Shown here one piece after another: positions 40,804-52,315 of a DNA stretch of 64,000 nucleotides (position 1 is the first letter of the stretch; the number at the start of each line of letters is the position of its first letter). The notes under the pieces are model-generated. The model saw only the letters and a list, made by a program, of their open reading frames with translations. It was not told the origin of the DNA and searched no databases. The translations under genes were made by a program, and so were the position numbers. Source of the stretch: Guillardia theta CCMP2712 (taxonomy: Eukaryota > Protista > Cryptophyta); contig NW_005434521.1 of the NCBI RefSeq assembly GCF_000315625.1, forward strand, positions 73,862-137,861. Direction: 5' to 3'.

Positions 40804-42415
40804 TTGATGATGATGATGCTGCATGCGATTGCACTGATGTATCGGCTGAGTTTGGTTGGAGCAGATGATGAATGTCTGTGCAAAAGCTGCAGGCTTCGGA
40901 GCAGCATCCTACAAGGAGCTGAGGGAGGTGAGGATAGATATTNNNNNNNNNNNNNNNNNNNNNNNNNNNNNNNNNNNNNNNNNNNNNNNNNNNNNNNNNN
41001 NNNNNNNNNNNNNNNNNNNNNNNNNNNNNNNNNNNNNNNNNNNNNNNNNNNNNNNNNNNNNNNNNNNNNNNNNNNNNTTTCCTTCCCGGTCCCACCATGT
41101 CTCAATTGCAGCTCTCTTTGTTTCCGTCATCCCTCTTGTTCTCTCACCCTTCCTCCGCTCTTCCAGCCCCCCCCCTTTCCCCCCTCCTTTCCCCTCTTCA
41201 CCGCCCTTCCTCTTCTCCTCTTCCTCCTCTCTTCCTTCCCTTCCCTTCCCTCCTCCTCCTCCTCTTCTCTCTCCCTCGTTCTCTCATCCCAGCACTCTCC
41301 CTCGAGCAACTTGACTCGTCTCTCATTCGCGGGCGCAGGTGGTGGAGTGGGCGAAAGGATTAGGGGTCAAGCAGCACCTCAACGTGTTCTCCTTCACCTC
41401 CATGATGGACGGAGTTGCCAAGGCGGCTACGAGGAGGAACGCGACGGTAGAGGACGGAGATGAAGTGATGAAGCTTATGAGCGAGTACGGCATCAGGCCC
41501 AACTCCCGCACCTTCTCCTCCTACTTCACTGTCTGCGCCAACGTGGCAGCGCACGTGAGGGTGAAGACGATGGACCAGGCGAGGATGCGATGGGAGCAGA
41601 TGACGGCGAGCGACTTACAGCCGATGACGGGAACTTTCAACGCGTACCTCAACTGCCTGGCAAAGAACGCCATGTTCCTGGAGCAGCCGCTGGCGGAGGG
41701 GAGAGAAGTAATCAGGATTATGAAGGAAAATGAGCTGGAGAGGAACGAGACGACCTACCTCTCCCTCATCGAGATCATCCAGCGGAGCCTCGTGTCGCAC
41801 CCGAAAGAGGGAAAGAAGAAGGACAGGAACGATGATGCTGATGATGATGATGAGGTGGTAGGTGAGGATCCGGTGGAGGAAGCGTTCGGCGTGGTGGAGG
41901 AGATGAAGGAGGAGGAGATCGAAGTGACCTGTGCCACCTACAACGCCATCACCGCGGTGATCGCAAAGGCAGTGGTGGCAGGGAAGGATAACGTGAAGGA
42001 GAGCCTGGAGCGGGTGGATCGGGAGATGGAGGAGCGGGGGATTTCGCCCGACGTCTCCTCCTTCGCTACGAGAATGGAGATCATCGCGAAACTGACGGGG
42101 AGGGGAAGGGCGACATTCTCCGACGGCATCCAGCTGCTGCAGGAGATGAGGAAGCAGGGGATATCCCCCACCACCAACGTCTTCAACATCCTCATGGACG
42201 TCACGGCCAAGGCGTCGGCCAATGGAAATGTGAGCTTGCGCCTCCTGCTTCTTCTCCTGCTCCTTCTCCTGCTCCTTCTCCTGCTTCTGCTACTGCTACT
42301 GCTACTACTTCTTCTCCTGCCCCTGCTCCTGCTTCTTCTCCTGCTCTTGCTCCTGCCCCTGCTTCTTCTCCTGCTCCTGCTCCTGCTTCTTCTCCTGCTC
42401 CTGCTCCTGCTTCTT

Positions 42416-42451
<36 letters not shown>

Positions 42452-43580
42452 ATCTGTCCCGTGACCTCAGGCTCGACTAGAAGATGGGCTAGGAATCTTG
42501 CAGTGGATGAAATCCTTCGAAACAAAGCCAGGTAAAACTTGTGCTGGTGCTGGTGCTGGTGCTGGTGCTGGTGCTGGTGCTGGTGCTGGTGCTGGTGCTG
42601 GTGCTGGTGCTGGTGCTGGTGCTGGTGCTGGTGCTGGTGCTGGTGCTGGTGCTTCATGCTTATCTCTTGCCCTCTCATCTTGATCGTCTTGTCCGTCCCT
42701 CCCCTCCTCATTCTCCTCTCACTCGTTCTGCCATGACGCTGCTCTCAGATCTCCGCACCTACAACTCGCTCATGGACCTCATGGCCAAGTCCGCCAGGTT
42801 CCGACAGACGCGCGTGCGACATGGGCTGGTGAGGCAGCTGATAGTCCAGCCAAACTGCAGCTGAAACCCCAGCAGGAGGTGCTGGACCGCATCGAGAAGG
42901 ACCAGCTCGAGAGAGACTGTTACACCGTAACGAGCTTCATCCAGCTGGCGAAGGAGGACGGGAGCGTGTCGGGGGTGGAGGAGGCGCGGGAGGTGAAAGG
43001 AGGAGGAGGAGGAGGAGGAGGAGGAGGAGGAGGATGAGGATGAGGATGAGGAGGAGGAGGAGGAGGAAGGGAGAAGAAAGAGAATGTTGGGTGCCATTCA
43101 GTACTTGCTCGCAGGTTTTTTCGCTTTTTCCTCCTCATCTCCGAAGTGACAGAACTTACACCGTCATGATAGCTGCTGAAGCTAGAAGTACCTTCACTCT
43201 CCCTTCTTCACTCTCCCTCCGCCACCCCCTCAGTTTCTCTTCTCTTCTTCGTCTCATTTCCTTGCAGTTGGCAGCGGTAGAGAAGTTGTGGAGAATCTGC
43301 TGAAAGATGCTGTCAGGTCTCGCCCGTTCTCCCTTCTTCCCTGTCTCTCCCTCGATGCTTCTCCTTCCTTTACTTCCGCCTTTCTCCCCCTTCCCCGTTT
43401 GCTTTTCTGAGCTCTGAGCAGCAATGGGATCGCTGTGAACAATTTTATGCTCAACGCCGCCATGTCGGCGTGCAAGACCGCACAGGTGAAGATGCCGAGG
43501 GAGAGGCCAAGAAGAAGAAAGAAAGGAGAGAGAGGATAAGGAGGAGTTAGGCGAAGGCGGGGGGAGGTGATGGAGAGGGT

Positions 43581-43620
<40 letters not shown>

Positions 43621-44258
43621 AATGATGATGATGATCATGATCATGATGATGATCATCATGATGATCATGATGATCATGATGGCGATCATGATGGAGGAGG
43701 AGGTGGAAGAAATTGAATGGCAACAGGATGTTCTTGACCTTCACGCGGAATATGGCAAGGGCGTCGAGATCGACTCGTTTGCACGAGAGTAAGTGGAATG
43801 AGCTTGCATGTTCTTGTTCTTGTCAGCGAGGAGACTGAGGCAGGCTTGCACAGGCTCATCAGGCGAGCAAAGGAGGGCGCTGCGCCAAACCACCGAGAAC
43901 CTCGACAGTGAGGAGGAGGAGGGGGGAGAGGGGGAGGAGAGGAGGGGGGGGAGGGAGGGTCGAAGGGGAGGGGGACGGAAGGTACGGTAGGGAGGGAGGT
44001 TGNNNNNNNNNNNNNNNNNNNNNNNNNNNNNNNNNNNNNNNNNNNNNNNNNNNNNNNNNNNNNNNNNNNNNNNNNNNNNNNNNNNNNNNNNNNNNNNNNN
44101 NNTTGCCCGATACCAGTATCCTGCGTCTGTCGCGAGGGTGGCGCGCTAAGGGGAGGGTCAAGGGGAGGGGGAGGAGTAGGAGGAGGTTGTGGAGGTGGAG
44201 AGGATGGGAAGTGGCTGGTGAAGGAGGGGGGAAGAGGGGGAAGGAGTTGTGTTATTTT
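39722..44258 (+). CDS. Second plastid-targeted PPR protein with elongated repeats (multi-exon; 3' end approximate)
   Basis: Signal peptide MARHRTLMIPIMAAVALSLSSSSS-F with an S-rich transit region. Repeats include NVFSFTSMMDGVAKAATRRNATVEDGDEVMKLMSEYGIRP. The C-terminal NNFMLNAAMSAC resembles NVYMINSAMGAC in the first PPR gene. Confidence 0.88.
42541..42652. repeat. (GTGCTG)n intronic microsatellite
   Basis: Perfect hexamer array after a GTAAAA donor. Confidence 0.95.
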
Positions 44259-44463
44259 AACGTTGGTGCAGGAATGATCCGTTGCTTAAGGGAGTTGCCT
44301 ACCGCAAGGCCCGGGGAATTGTCAGCTTGTGACAAAGTTGAATGGGGAGGAGGAGGAGGATAGAAATGAATCAGATCCATAATGACGTTATGGGTGTCAT
44401 TTTGTCTTAATCTTTCCAACATGATGAAATGCAAACAGTATCCTCCTCTTATGCTGCTGCTGC

Positions 44464-47006
44464 TCACTTGGCGCGATTGGCAATGTTGCTGTACATCTCG
44501 GAAACCTGACACCATAGATTAGGACAGGAGCGAAGAGGAAGGGAGAAAGTGTGGACACCAAAGCAGAATAAAGAGGAGAGGAGAGGAGAGGAGAGGAGAG
44601 GAGAGGAGAGGAGGATCGAGCTTCTCTTCACCTGGGCATACAAGAAAACACCAGCGATGGCGATGGAGGATCCGATCATGGACTGAGTGCTCATCTTCTG
44701 GCCGAAGATGATCACGGAGGTGATGACGATGACGACCCTCTTGATGTTGTTGCCGATGGAGTGAGTGACGGGGAGACAGCGTCGAGGGCGAGGAAGGCAG
44801 ACTCGTAGTAGAGCTGGAACATGAGCCCTGACAGGATCAGCTGCTTCCACAGGTAGCCCTCGGTGATCATGGCGCCGGCGTGGTCGAGCTTGCCGATGGC
44901 TGCCTTCCTGTGTAGGGGGGGAGGTGAGAGGACGGAGAGGAAGGGGGGGGAGAGAGCGAGGAGAGGGAGTGAGGAGAGTGAGAGCACAGAAAGGAGGGAG
45001 AGGGGAGGGAGAGGAGAGAGAGGTACGAGGAGGGAGATTTGAAGAGGAAACGTGGAGGGAGATGGTGAGAAAGTGCGGAGAGAAGGAAGAGGAGGGGAAG
45101 GGGGAGCAGAAAGGGACGGCTTTAGCGCAAGAGCAGGTGGCAGCTTCTACCATGAAGGATGAGTCCAGGGAGCAAGAGTCCTCCAGCCCTCAACAGCGAC
45201 GACGAAGGGGATGGTGAGGAGAGTGGCTCCGATCTGAAACCCAAGTCATCAGGTCATGCAAGTGAAAGCAAGGGGCGGAAGATGAGTAGGAGGGGAAAGG
45301 AGGGGAGATGAGAAAGAAAGATAGTGAGGGTGGGTGAGGAGTAGGAGGGGAAGGGGAGTAGGTGCAAGGGGATGAAGGAAGGCGCCTCATTACCTGGAGG
45401 ACGCTGAAGGTGTTGGGGCCATCAAGCTTGGCGACCTCACGGATAGAGCGATCGCTCATGGTCTCTGCGGAGTGGCTGGTCAGGAGAGGAAGAAGAAGAC
45501 GAAGAAACAGACTCACTCTTGCCGAGAACGGCGCGGAGAGAGAAGGCGACGTTGGAGACCATGGCAGACACAAACTGCAATGGCAATGAGGAGCCTATTC
45601 CTTCTCCTCCTCCCCTCCTGAGCGAAGCACTCTTCCTACATACTTCCTTCTCTTGACCCTCCTCTAGAACACACCTGGAGCATGTTGAAGTTGACCTCAG
45701 AGGCGGACGCATAGGCGACTCCTCCCATGATCTGCGACCAAGTCAGGAAAAGGATGAAGATGAGAAAAAGATCTCACGGGGATGAGGGTGGCGTACACAA
45801 ACGGATGCTGCCACTTGCCATTGATCAAGCCGCTGGAGCATCGTCAGCACACCTCTATCACCCTCGCTCCTCGCGTCTCCAGCTCCACCCCTTCTCCCTC
45901 CCACCTGAAGATGGCGGTGAAGGCAGGCTCGCACGACTTGAGCACCTGCGTGTCTGTCAACACCCCGCAGAGAGGCGCCGCAGCATCTCACGTGAGCGAA
46001 GCCAAGAGCTCCAGCACCAAAGGCAACATTGCCTCCGACGTTTCCGGCAGCATGCAAGCTGCTCTGCTGGATGATGCTGGGAAGCTGCGGAAGTGAGTCA
46101 GCTAAGGATGCAAGATAATCACAACCAACAAGGCAGCAAGTAGATACAAGAGCAGAACAAACAGGCCAGGCTGGCTACAAGCGCAAGCACAGATACACAG
46201 AGTGATTACCAGCTTGTTGTCGATCTTGGGGGTGTCCCTAACGCCGAGGGCCCAGATGAGAGCAATGTAGGGGATGCCAACACCTGCAGACTCCATGAGC
46301 TCTATATCGCGAGCTATATCTGCCGTCACCGACGCAGGCAAGGGACTGGAGCCATGGCAAGTTCAAGGCATTGAGGGCCTGGTATTGCAATGAGGCTGCA
46401 GGAAAGAGACAGAGCGCGATGGACAGGCACCTTCTTGTTGGCGACATTGTAGAAGATGTTGAAGAAGTACCAGAGGCCGAAGTACGATCCAGCCTTGATC
46501 GACCATGCAGCCTTGCCCTGTGGGGAATGTGAATGTACACAAGTGATGAAGATGGTGACGGTGATCATGAAGTGAATGTGGTTGAGCTGCAGGAGAAGGC
46601 AAGACGGGTGTGGCGATGGGGCGTTGATATACAACTCGTCTTCACGCCCAACATACCGGGATGTTGAACGCGCCAAAGTCGACGGCAACCTCGGACTTGG
46701 AGGGCTTCAAGAAGTTGGCGAAGTAGTTGACAGGAGTCTGGCTCTTGAGGGCCTTCTTGGGCTTCGATGGGGATCCATCCTGTATACAAGCAGTGAGGAA
46801 AGTGAGGACATGAAGCTCTGCATCCTACCTCCAAGGCAAACGCTGTTGACGCGAGGGCGACAACTGCAACGACAAGCAGGGATCGAGAGACGCCCTTCAT
46901 CTAGAGTAGCACGTCATCGTCAGAAGGCAGCATGGGAGAAGGAGCATGAAGGCAGCATGAAATTGATGACGATGTAGCTCAATCCTCTCACGGACTTTCG
47001 CAGCAT
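44464..47006 (-). CDS. Plastid triose-phosphate/phosphate translocator family protein (multi-exon)
   Basis: Signal peptide (SLLVVAVVALASTAFA); YFGLWYFFNIFYNVANKK; LKSCEPAFTAIF; FVSAMVSNVAFSLRAV; PVTHSIGNNIKRVVIVITSVIIF; IGSSIAIAGVFLYAQ. The start is at 47006 (short first exon MLRKS) or 46900. Confidence 0.93.
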
Positions 47007-47399
47007 TTGACCTCCTCCTCCTCCTTCACAAACGAAGCACCTTTTTGACACTCAATGTCCTGAATCTTGCGGCGCATGCCAGCAAAACAGTGAAAGGGCT
47101 AGCTAGAATCATGATCGCGCAGTAAAACTGTCACTTCTTTCTCCTTGTTTCATGGCATCGAAGTGTAATCCTACTGTAAACTCGACCACAAGAATTCCAC
47201 CCCCTATAATACAGCATCCAACGAATCCCGCATTTCCTTCAACCCAGAGCTCACATTGTGAATGACAACTCCCCTCACGTTGATGTGCTACTCTCTCTTC
47301 ATTGCTGTTTCTTCGCCTCTGCTCCCAGCATCTTCGTTCTTCCCCTCCACTACTTCCTCGCACCATCTTTGAACCTAAGTTGCCATGAGCAGCGGCCGC

Positions 47400-48120
47400 T
47401 CGGGGCTATGAGGGTAGGGGTACTGTCCTCCAGGGGGGTGATTCTTTGCTAAGGGGGTGGTTGGTTGGGAAAATTTGGGTACTGGAACAATATTGTGATA
47501 AATGGGGGGTGGGGGTAGGTGAGGGATTCCAGTGGATGCAGAGGAAACCGAGGAGTGTTAATAGGGGGTGAGGGTTATAAAGTAACCGGTCATCGGAGAT
47601 TCAGTAGGGGTTATATACCACATTCAATTATGCAACAAAGGGAGTCTGAGAGGGTAGGGTAGAGTGAACAATGGGTGCCCTTCAATTTGGGTGGGTTCAG
47701 CGAGTTATTAGAGATCGTATTGGTTGGTGTCATGCGTACGGTGGGGTACTACGGTAACCGGTACATTGAACTCGGATTTTTGAGGTAAAAAGAGGGTGGG
47801 TTGGCTCTCTTCATTCTCCGTGATGGTAGGGTAGCAGGGGAGGGGAGTATCATGGGGTAGGGTCGAGGGGTGGAACATGTTCTTAATTAGGGGGTAGGGG
47901 TTCATTTATTTATGGGTGTCCGAGAATAAGGGGGGTACTCAAGAGAGTTTGGAGGGGTGAATTGAAGTGGTTTGCAAGCTTACCGAAGGGGTTGTGGTAC
48001 CTCTGATGGTTGTAAGGGGTGGTATGAACGTACTCATTGTTGTAGATGGGGGTGGGTTCTCCAAGAAAAAATTCCCTACACGGGTAGTTTTGATATGAAA
48101 TGGGAGGGTAGGGGGTAGAA
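47400..48120. promoter_or_regulatory. GGGGTA/TACCCC-rich putative promoter block (representative; also ~850-1020, 12470-12625, 16330-16960, 29190-29645, 33855-33985, 39190-39710, 50505-50705, 56005-57290, 61880-61995)
   Basis: Dense non-tandem GGGGT(A)/GGGTAG/GGGTAC words, largely on one strand per block, found upstream of start codons. The regulatory role is inferred. Confidence 0.55.
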
Positions 48121-48472
48121 ATCCCTCGAATATTTAAATTGTGTTTGCCGGATTTTGCTATAAGTTTTATTTATTGGAACTCAGATAGCGTGAGCTAATC
48201 GATTAAAATGCAATATAAATTTTAATCGATTAGCTCCCTCCTTTTATCTTTTTTTATCCCCCGCGTGCAAGCAGCTAGCGCGAGCAATGCGTTCAGTAGG
48301 AAACGGCAACCACCAGTGCAGGTGCGAGGAAGAGGAGGAGAGGACGATGGGATGATGGTGATGGTGATGGTGATGAGAATGATGATGATGATGATGATGA
48401 GGAGGAGGAGGAGGAATGGGAGGAGGGGGGGAACCTCAAGGGAGGATGAAAATGTGGAGGAAAGGACGGACG

Positions 48473-49176
48473 ATGGAAGGATCACGGGGCATGGAAGGGC
48501 ACGTTATGCAGTCGGCAATGCAGACAATGTTGAAACGAGATGCAGAACTCAAGGATAGGATAAGGTTGACCAGGGTGTGCGCGACTTTGAAAAGGTGAAG
48601 GGAGTCTGGGGAAACGATGAAGAACAAGGACTTAGAAGAAAGAGCAAGGAGGTGAACATCAGGTTGTCGCAATGGTTGTAATCGGTGGCTGCGATGTGTC
48701 ACGATGTTTTTGTCATGCGGAGGCAATCACGACAGTTTGATGCAAAATTTCCATGCAACAGTGCATGCAGGCGTGTCAGTAGGACTCCTTGATGATTTGG
48801 CGTGCTAGCATTTAGTCGTCGTCATACGAGGTTTGGAGGAATGAGTTGGTTGAAAGACATGCGATTGCGCGAGAGGCTGTTGGCTGCCACGTGCCCTGTA
48901 TTCGAACGATGGCCTCGACAGCAGCGCACAGAGAAGCCGTGGAAGAGACATGTGCCTGTATGAATGTGTCTTGTCGTAACCTTGTCGTAACCTTGTCACC
49001 ATGTGGAGGGATGGGTTGAGTGACGCGATGCTTGCAGGGGATCCGGCATCAAGCAGGCCAAGGCCGTGTTGGGAACCAAGGCTCAGAAGTCGAAGCTCAA
49101 GAAGGCCGTTGCCAAGAGAAGGGGATGGGGCGGACGTCTCTGCCTCTCTAACGTAGGCAAGTCTTTGAACAAGTAA
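48473..49176 (+). CDS. Small basic hypothetical protein (multi-exon, poorly resolved)
   Basis: Coding-like exons MEGSRGMEGHVMQSAMQTMLKRDAELKDRIRL.. and ..IKQAKAVLGTKAQKSKLKKAVAKRRGWGG..* with splice-like boundaries. I could not join the middle exons with confidence. Confidence 0.4.
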
Positions 49177-49350
49177 AGCTTGCAGCGTTGCGATCACAGA
49201 CAAAAGTTGTGCGATTGCCATCTGGGACAGGCTCCATCTCTGTCTGACGAGACTTGACATTGGTCATTTATTCCGTTCCTCCTCCTCCTCCTCCTCCTCC
49301 TCCTCCTCCTCCTCCTCCTCCTCGTGGTCGTCGAACATCACCCTCGTTGC

Positions 49351-50333
49351 TCATCTCCCAGACGCCTTGAGCCAGCTCTCGAACGCCTTCACGCCTGCAG
49401 ACAACACACTTTCATCCTCGCACTGGCATGCCAACCCCCTCCTCTCACCCGAAGAGATCTCCGAGGCCCCGTCTATGGTCAGCTCTGACCCATCCTCCTT
49501 GAGCACTGCATGCGAGTCAGCAGCCTGAAGCTCTTGACCCCTCGAGCTCGTGGGTACCGAGGAGCGTTGGGATGCCGCTCCTTCTTGGGTTCACCTTAAC
49601 AGCTGCCTGTTCCTTGCCGGCGCAGACCCCAAACTTGCGTTTCAATTCGTTCCTCAAGGAGGAGCCGTAGGGTACTGCAACCAGCTCCTAAGTTGCCTGA
49701 CTTCACAGCCTCTGCCTTCTCTCCGCTCCTCTTCCTCCCTGCCAACACGCCCCTCGTTCCCCCCTCTCAACGCTCTCGACTCTGACCTGCAAGCCAGTCG
49801 CCATGATACTTGTTGTGCGTCTCATTGGTCGCTGCCTCGCTTTCCTCTGTATTGACCAGCTCAGGCGCGGGGCTACCAAGATGTCTCCATCCCTCCGCTT
49901 TCCAACTCCCCGCCCCCCCCCCTCTCCCGGCCCCCTTCTATCTTCCCCTCCTCCTCCTTTTCTCCTCCTCCTCCTCCTCCTCCTCCTCCTCCTCCTCCTC
50001 CTCCTCCTCCTCTTGACAGTACCCGAGCTAACGAAGACAATCTCGAATCGCTTCTCCCCGCCTCCGTTTACCGTCTCGTAGAACCTCTTGAGTTCAGGAT
50101 CGAACTCCCTGCACTGAGGACACCAGTGTGCCTGTTGGCTTCCGTCAGGTCACAGTCCTCCTCCTCTTCCTGCTGACATACGCTAAAGTACAGCGCTACC
50201 AGCTTCCCTTGCAGGGAGGAGGAGGGTACCTCGGACCCGTCTTGCTTCTGAGCAGACAAACTTCTCGTCAGAGCGTCAGGGGTAAGTCAGCATCTCACAA
50301 GCAAACGAAACTTCCCAGATTCTCACTCAGCAT
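49351..50333 (-). CDS. Nucleoredoxin/tryparedoxin-like thioredoxin (WCPQC), multi-exon
   Basis: [11 protein letters not shown]|[56 protein letters not shown]. Confidence 0.92.
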
Positions 50334-50992
50334 GCTCTTGGTCTATTCTTCGTTCCTCCTCCTAATCCTCCAGATCTTCCCCACCACCACCACTACCACC
50401 ACCCGCCATCTCCTTTCTCATGATCCCCATTATTCTTCGTCGTCGTCGTCGTCCTCCTCCTCCTCCTCCTCCTCCTCCTCCTCCTCCTCCTCCTTCACCT
50501 TGAGTGTTTCCCCTACTATCGATGCCATCGACACGCCACAGCAAAACACCACCCCCGATGAATTGAAAAAGTACCCTACCCTCAAATTTCTACTCTTTGG
50601 AGCTTGTACACCTCAATTATGCCCTGGTACAACAGTAATTTGTACGGGTGTCATATAAGACTACCCGTATAATTTATACCCCACCCCTTTAAATTGACAA
50701 CCCAAGAATCAAAGNNNNNNNNNNNNNNNNNNNNNNNNNNNNNNNNNNNNNNNNNNNNNNNNNNNNNNNNNNNNNNNNNNNNNNNNNNNNNNNNNNNNNN
50801 NNNNNNNNNNNNNNGGGGGAAGGGAGGGCGGGAGAGAGGAGGAGAGGAGGAGAAATCGGGACCATGGAAAGTAGATGTTAGATAGCGTGTTTCAGACGGG
50901 AGGAAACTTCGATCTGAGTATTGTACCGCAGGTTCAGGAGGTTGTTAGAAGGAGCGATACCTGAGTAGAAGTCAGACCACCTTCTCTGCCCC

Positions 50993-52278
50993 ATGGCGCC
51001 GTCGTCAGCATCCAGAGCGAGGCCGGTGGAGAGGGGAGGGGAGGAGAGGGGAGGGCTACTGCGCCTGCTCCTGATCTCTTCGCTGCGAGCTCTGTTTCTC
51101 GGCGCATGTCTGGGGATACCTGCTGGTTTCATCAAGTCGCTCCTCCAGTTTGCGTTACAACGAGAATGGACAGCATTACTGCAGGTGCTCCTTGACCCTC
51201 CCTGGCTCCTCTGCTCCCGACTTTCCTTACCTCCTCTCTTCTCCTCCCGCCTTCGTCTTTCTCTACTCCCGAGCTCCACTGGTTGCTCCCTCCCCTCTTG
51301 ATCATATGCCCTCTACTTTCCTGGACTCTTGCTCCTGCGTCTGCTCCTGATGATATCCCTCCTGCTGTACTCGCGGCGCTGGTACTCGCGCTCCATGACG
51401 GTCGGTGAGCATAGGCCTCTCTTTTCGGGTTGATCTGCCTCCTCCTCTTCCTCCTCTTCATCCGCGCGATGGTCAAGAGGAGCGGACAGAGGAAGAGCAA
51501 GACTGTAGCCGTCGTCGTCCTGGGGGACATTGCCAGGAGCCCTAGGATGATGAATCACGCGATGTGCCTTGCAGGCTCGGGGTATGACGTCTTCCTGGTC
51601 GGCTACGTGGAGGTGAGGGGCTCCCCTGGGGTCTGTTGACCCTACACCTTGCACCTCCCTCCTCCCTCCTCCCTCCCTCCTGCCTCTTCCTCCCTCCCTC
51701 CTCCCTCCTCCCTCCTCCCTCCTCCCTCCTCCCTCCTCTCTTATCATTCTTCGTTATGCCGCACTCGCAGTCGCAGCTTCCCCTGCACCTGCAGCAGCAC
51801 GAGAGAATTTCTGTCACAGCCATCCCGACGCCATGGAAACTTCCAAGGAGACCCAAGATTCTCTACATTCTCCTTGCTCCTCTTGCCGCTATCTCTAGGT
51901 CCCATCCTCCTTCCTCGTCCACTCTTCTCTTGCCGCTGCATCCCACCCTCCCTCCTCCGTGCTCTCCCCCCCCCCTCCCCCCCCCCCTCCCACTCACTCT
52001 CCATGGAGGAAGTGGAAGGGGAGGTCCTGTAGCGATGATCGGCCTGACTTGTCGAGCAGAGCGTTTGCGCTCCTGGCATGCATGATGCGAGGAGGATCAA
52101 AAAGTGTCGTCCTACTGCAGAACCCTCCCAGCATCCCCACGCTCCTGGTGCCTCCCATTGCTCGCCTGCTGCCCTCACATTCCCCTTACTCCCCTGCTCA
52201 GGTGGCGCGTTTCTTTTCTTGGTTCTGCTGTGACGCAGCTCTGGTGCGTTCCCGCTTCACCCCACACCCATCGCGTCT

Positions 52279-52315
<37 letters not shown>

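Noticed and set aside
24099-43792. Poly-M, poly-D, poly-H, (CW)n, (HQ)n, (LV)n and (YL)n ORFs in the ORF track
   Set aside because: These are translations of intronic microsatellites and are open in several frames simply because the repeats lack stop codons.
48805-49260. 151-aa minus-strand ORF
   Set aside because: Better explained as the antisense shadow of Lys-rich plus-strand exons.
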